Of a DNA stretch of 64,000 nucleotides, positions 62,782 through 64,000 are shown piece by piece. Numbering within the stretch: position 1 is the first letter of the stretch; each line of letters opens with the position of its first letter. The stretch is from assembly GCF_009914755.1 (NCBI RefSeq), contig NC_060930.1; one strand, given 5' to 3'. This DNA comes from the human T2T-CHM13v2.0 reference genome, Homo sapiens. Below the pieces are notes generated by a model. The model was not told the origin of the DNA. It worked only from the letters and a program-made list of their open reading frames with translations, and searched no databases. The position numbers were made by a program, and so were the translations under genes.

Positions 62782-64000
62782 TGTCAGGCCTCTGAGCCCA
62801 AGCCAAGCCATCACATCCCCTGTGACTAGCACGTATACATCCAGATGGCCTGAAGTAACTGAAGATCCACCTCTTCAACTCACACCTGACCTAAAACCTA
62901 AATGCTTTATTTTCTTCTGCAATGCCACTTGAGCCCAATACAAACTCGACAGTAGTTCCAAATAGCCAGAAAATGACACTTTGAATTTTTCCATCCTGCA
63001 AGATCTAAATAATTCTTGTCGTAACATAGGCAAACGGTCTGAGGTGCCTGACGTCCAGGCATTCTTTTACACATCAGTCCCTTCCTAGTCTCTGTGCCCA
63101 ATGCAACTCGTCCCAAATCTTCCTTCTTTCCCTCCCGCCTGTCCCCTCAGTCCCAACCCCAAGAGTCGTTGAGTCTTTCTAATCTTCCTTTTCTACAGAC
63201 CCATCTGACCTCTCCCCTCCTCGCCAGGCCGAGCTAGGTCCCAATTCTTCCTCAGCCTCCGCTCCTCCACCCTATAATCCTTTTATCACCTCCCCTCCTC
63301 ACACCTGGTCCAGTTTACAGTTTCATTCCATGACTAGCCCTCCCCCACCTGCCCAGCAATTTCCTCTTAAAAAGGTGGCTGGAGCTAAAGGCATAGTCAA
63401 GGTTAATGCTCCTTTTTCTTTATCCCAAATCAGAAGCGTTTAGGCTCTTTTTCATCAAATATAAAAACCCAGCCCAGTTCATGGCTCCTTTGGCAGCAAC
63501 CCTGAGACGCTTTACAGCCCTAGACCCTAAAAGGTCAAAAGGCCGTCTTATTCTCAAAATACATTTTATTACCCAATCTGCTCCCGACATTAAATAAAAC
63601 TCCAAAAATTGGAATCTGGCCCTCAAACCCCACAACAGGACTTAATTAACCTCACCTTCAAGGTGTACAATAACAGAAAAAAGTTGCAATTCCTTGCCTC
63701 CACTGTGAGACAAACCCCAGCCACAACCTCAGCACACAAGAACTTCCAAACGCCTGAACTGCAGCAGCCAGGTGTTCCTCCAGAACCTCCTCCCCCAGGA
63801 GCTTGCTACCCGTGCCGGAAATCTGGCCACCGGGCCAAGGAATGCCCGCAGCCCAGGATTCCTCCTAAGCCGCGTCCCATCTGTGTGGGACCCCACTGAA
63901 AATCGGACTGTTCAACTCACCTGGCAGCCACTCCCAGAGCCCCTGGAACTCTGGCCCAAGGCTCTCTGACTGACTCCTTCCCAGATCTTCTCGGCTTAGC
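62782..64000 (+). mobile_element. HERV-H provirus: 89-nt LTR7 stub fused to the pre-gag/gag region, continuing beyond the window
   Basis: tgtcaggcctctgagcccaagc LTR7 start; ctcttcaactcacacctgacctaaaacc internal phrase; gag zinc knuckle. Confidence 0.93.
63609..63899 (+). pseudogene. HERV-H gag C-terminal/nucleocapsid remnant
   Basis: QQDLINLTFKVYNNR and CYPCRKSGHRAKEC (CX2CX4HX4C). Confidence 0.85.

Overview
Catarrhine primate genomic DNA (probably human or great ape), judged from AluJ/S/Y, L1PA, THE1A, MLT2A/HERV-L and LTR7/HERV-H sequences. It is AT-rich, CpG-depleted and has no CpG island. Most of the window is layered transposable-element debris: three large L1 copies with internal deletions, about 14 Alus, Tigger1, Tigger2a, MER3, a nested ERV1 complex (MER57-type host with env remnant > MER65 LTR > inverted MER4 provirus), a full THE1A, a deleted HERV-L with a dUTPase frame, and a HERV-H with a truncated 5' LTR running off the right edge. 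I recognise no host protein-coding gene, RNA gene or CRISPR array, and the listed ORFs are TE remnants, Alu frames, simple repeats or chance frames. I found no support for a novel biological system. The best leads are exon-like segments in the unique DNA (32-37, 40, 55, 61 kb) that may belong to a spliced lncRNA, possibly driven by the MLT2A LTR, and several local rearrangement signatures. Family names come from recalled consensus sequences, so subfamily calls and old-repeat boundaries need RepeatMasker/Dfam confirmation.
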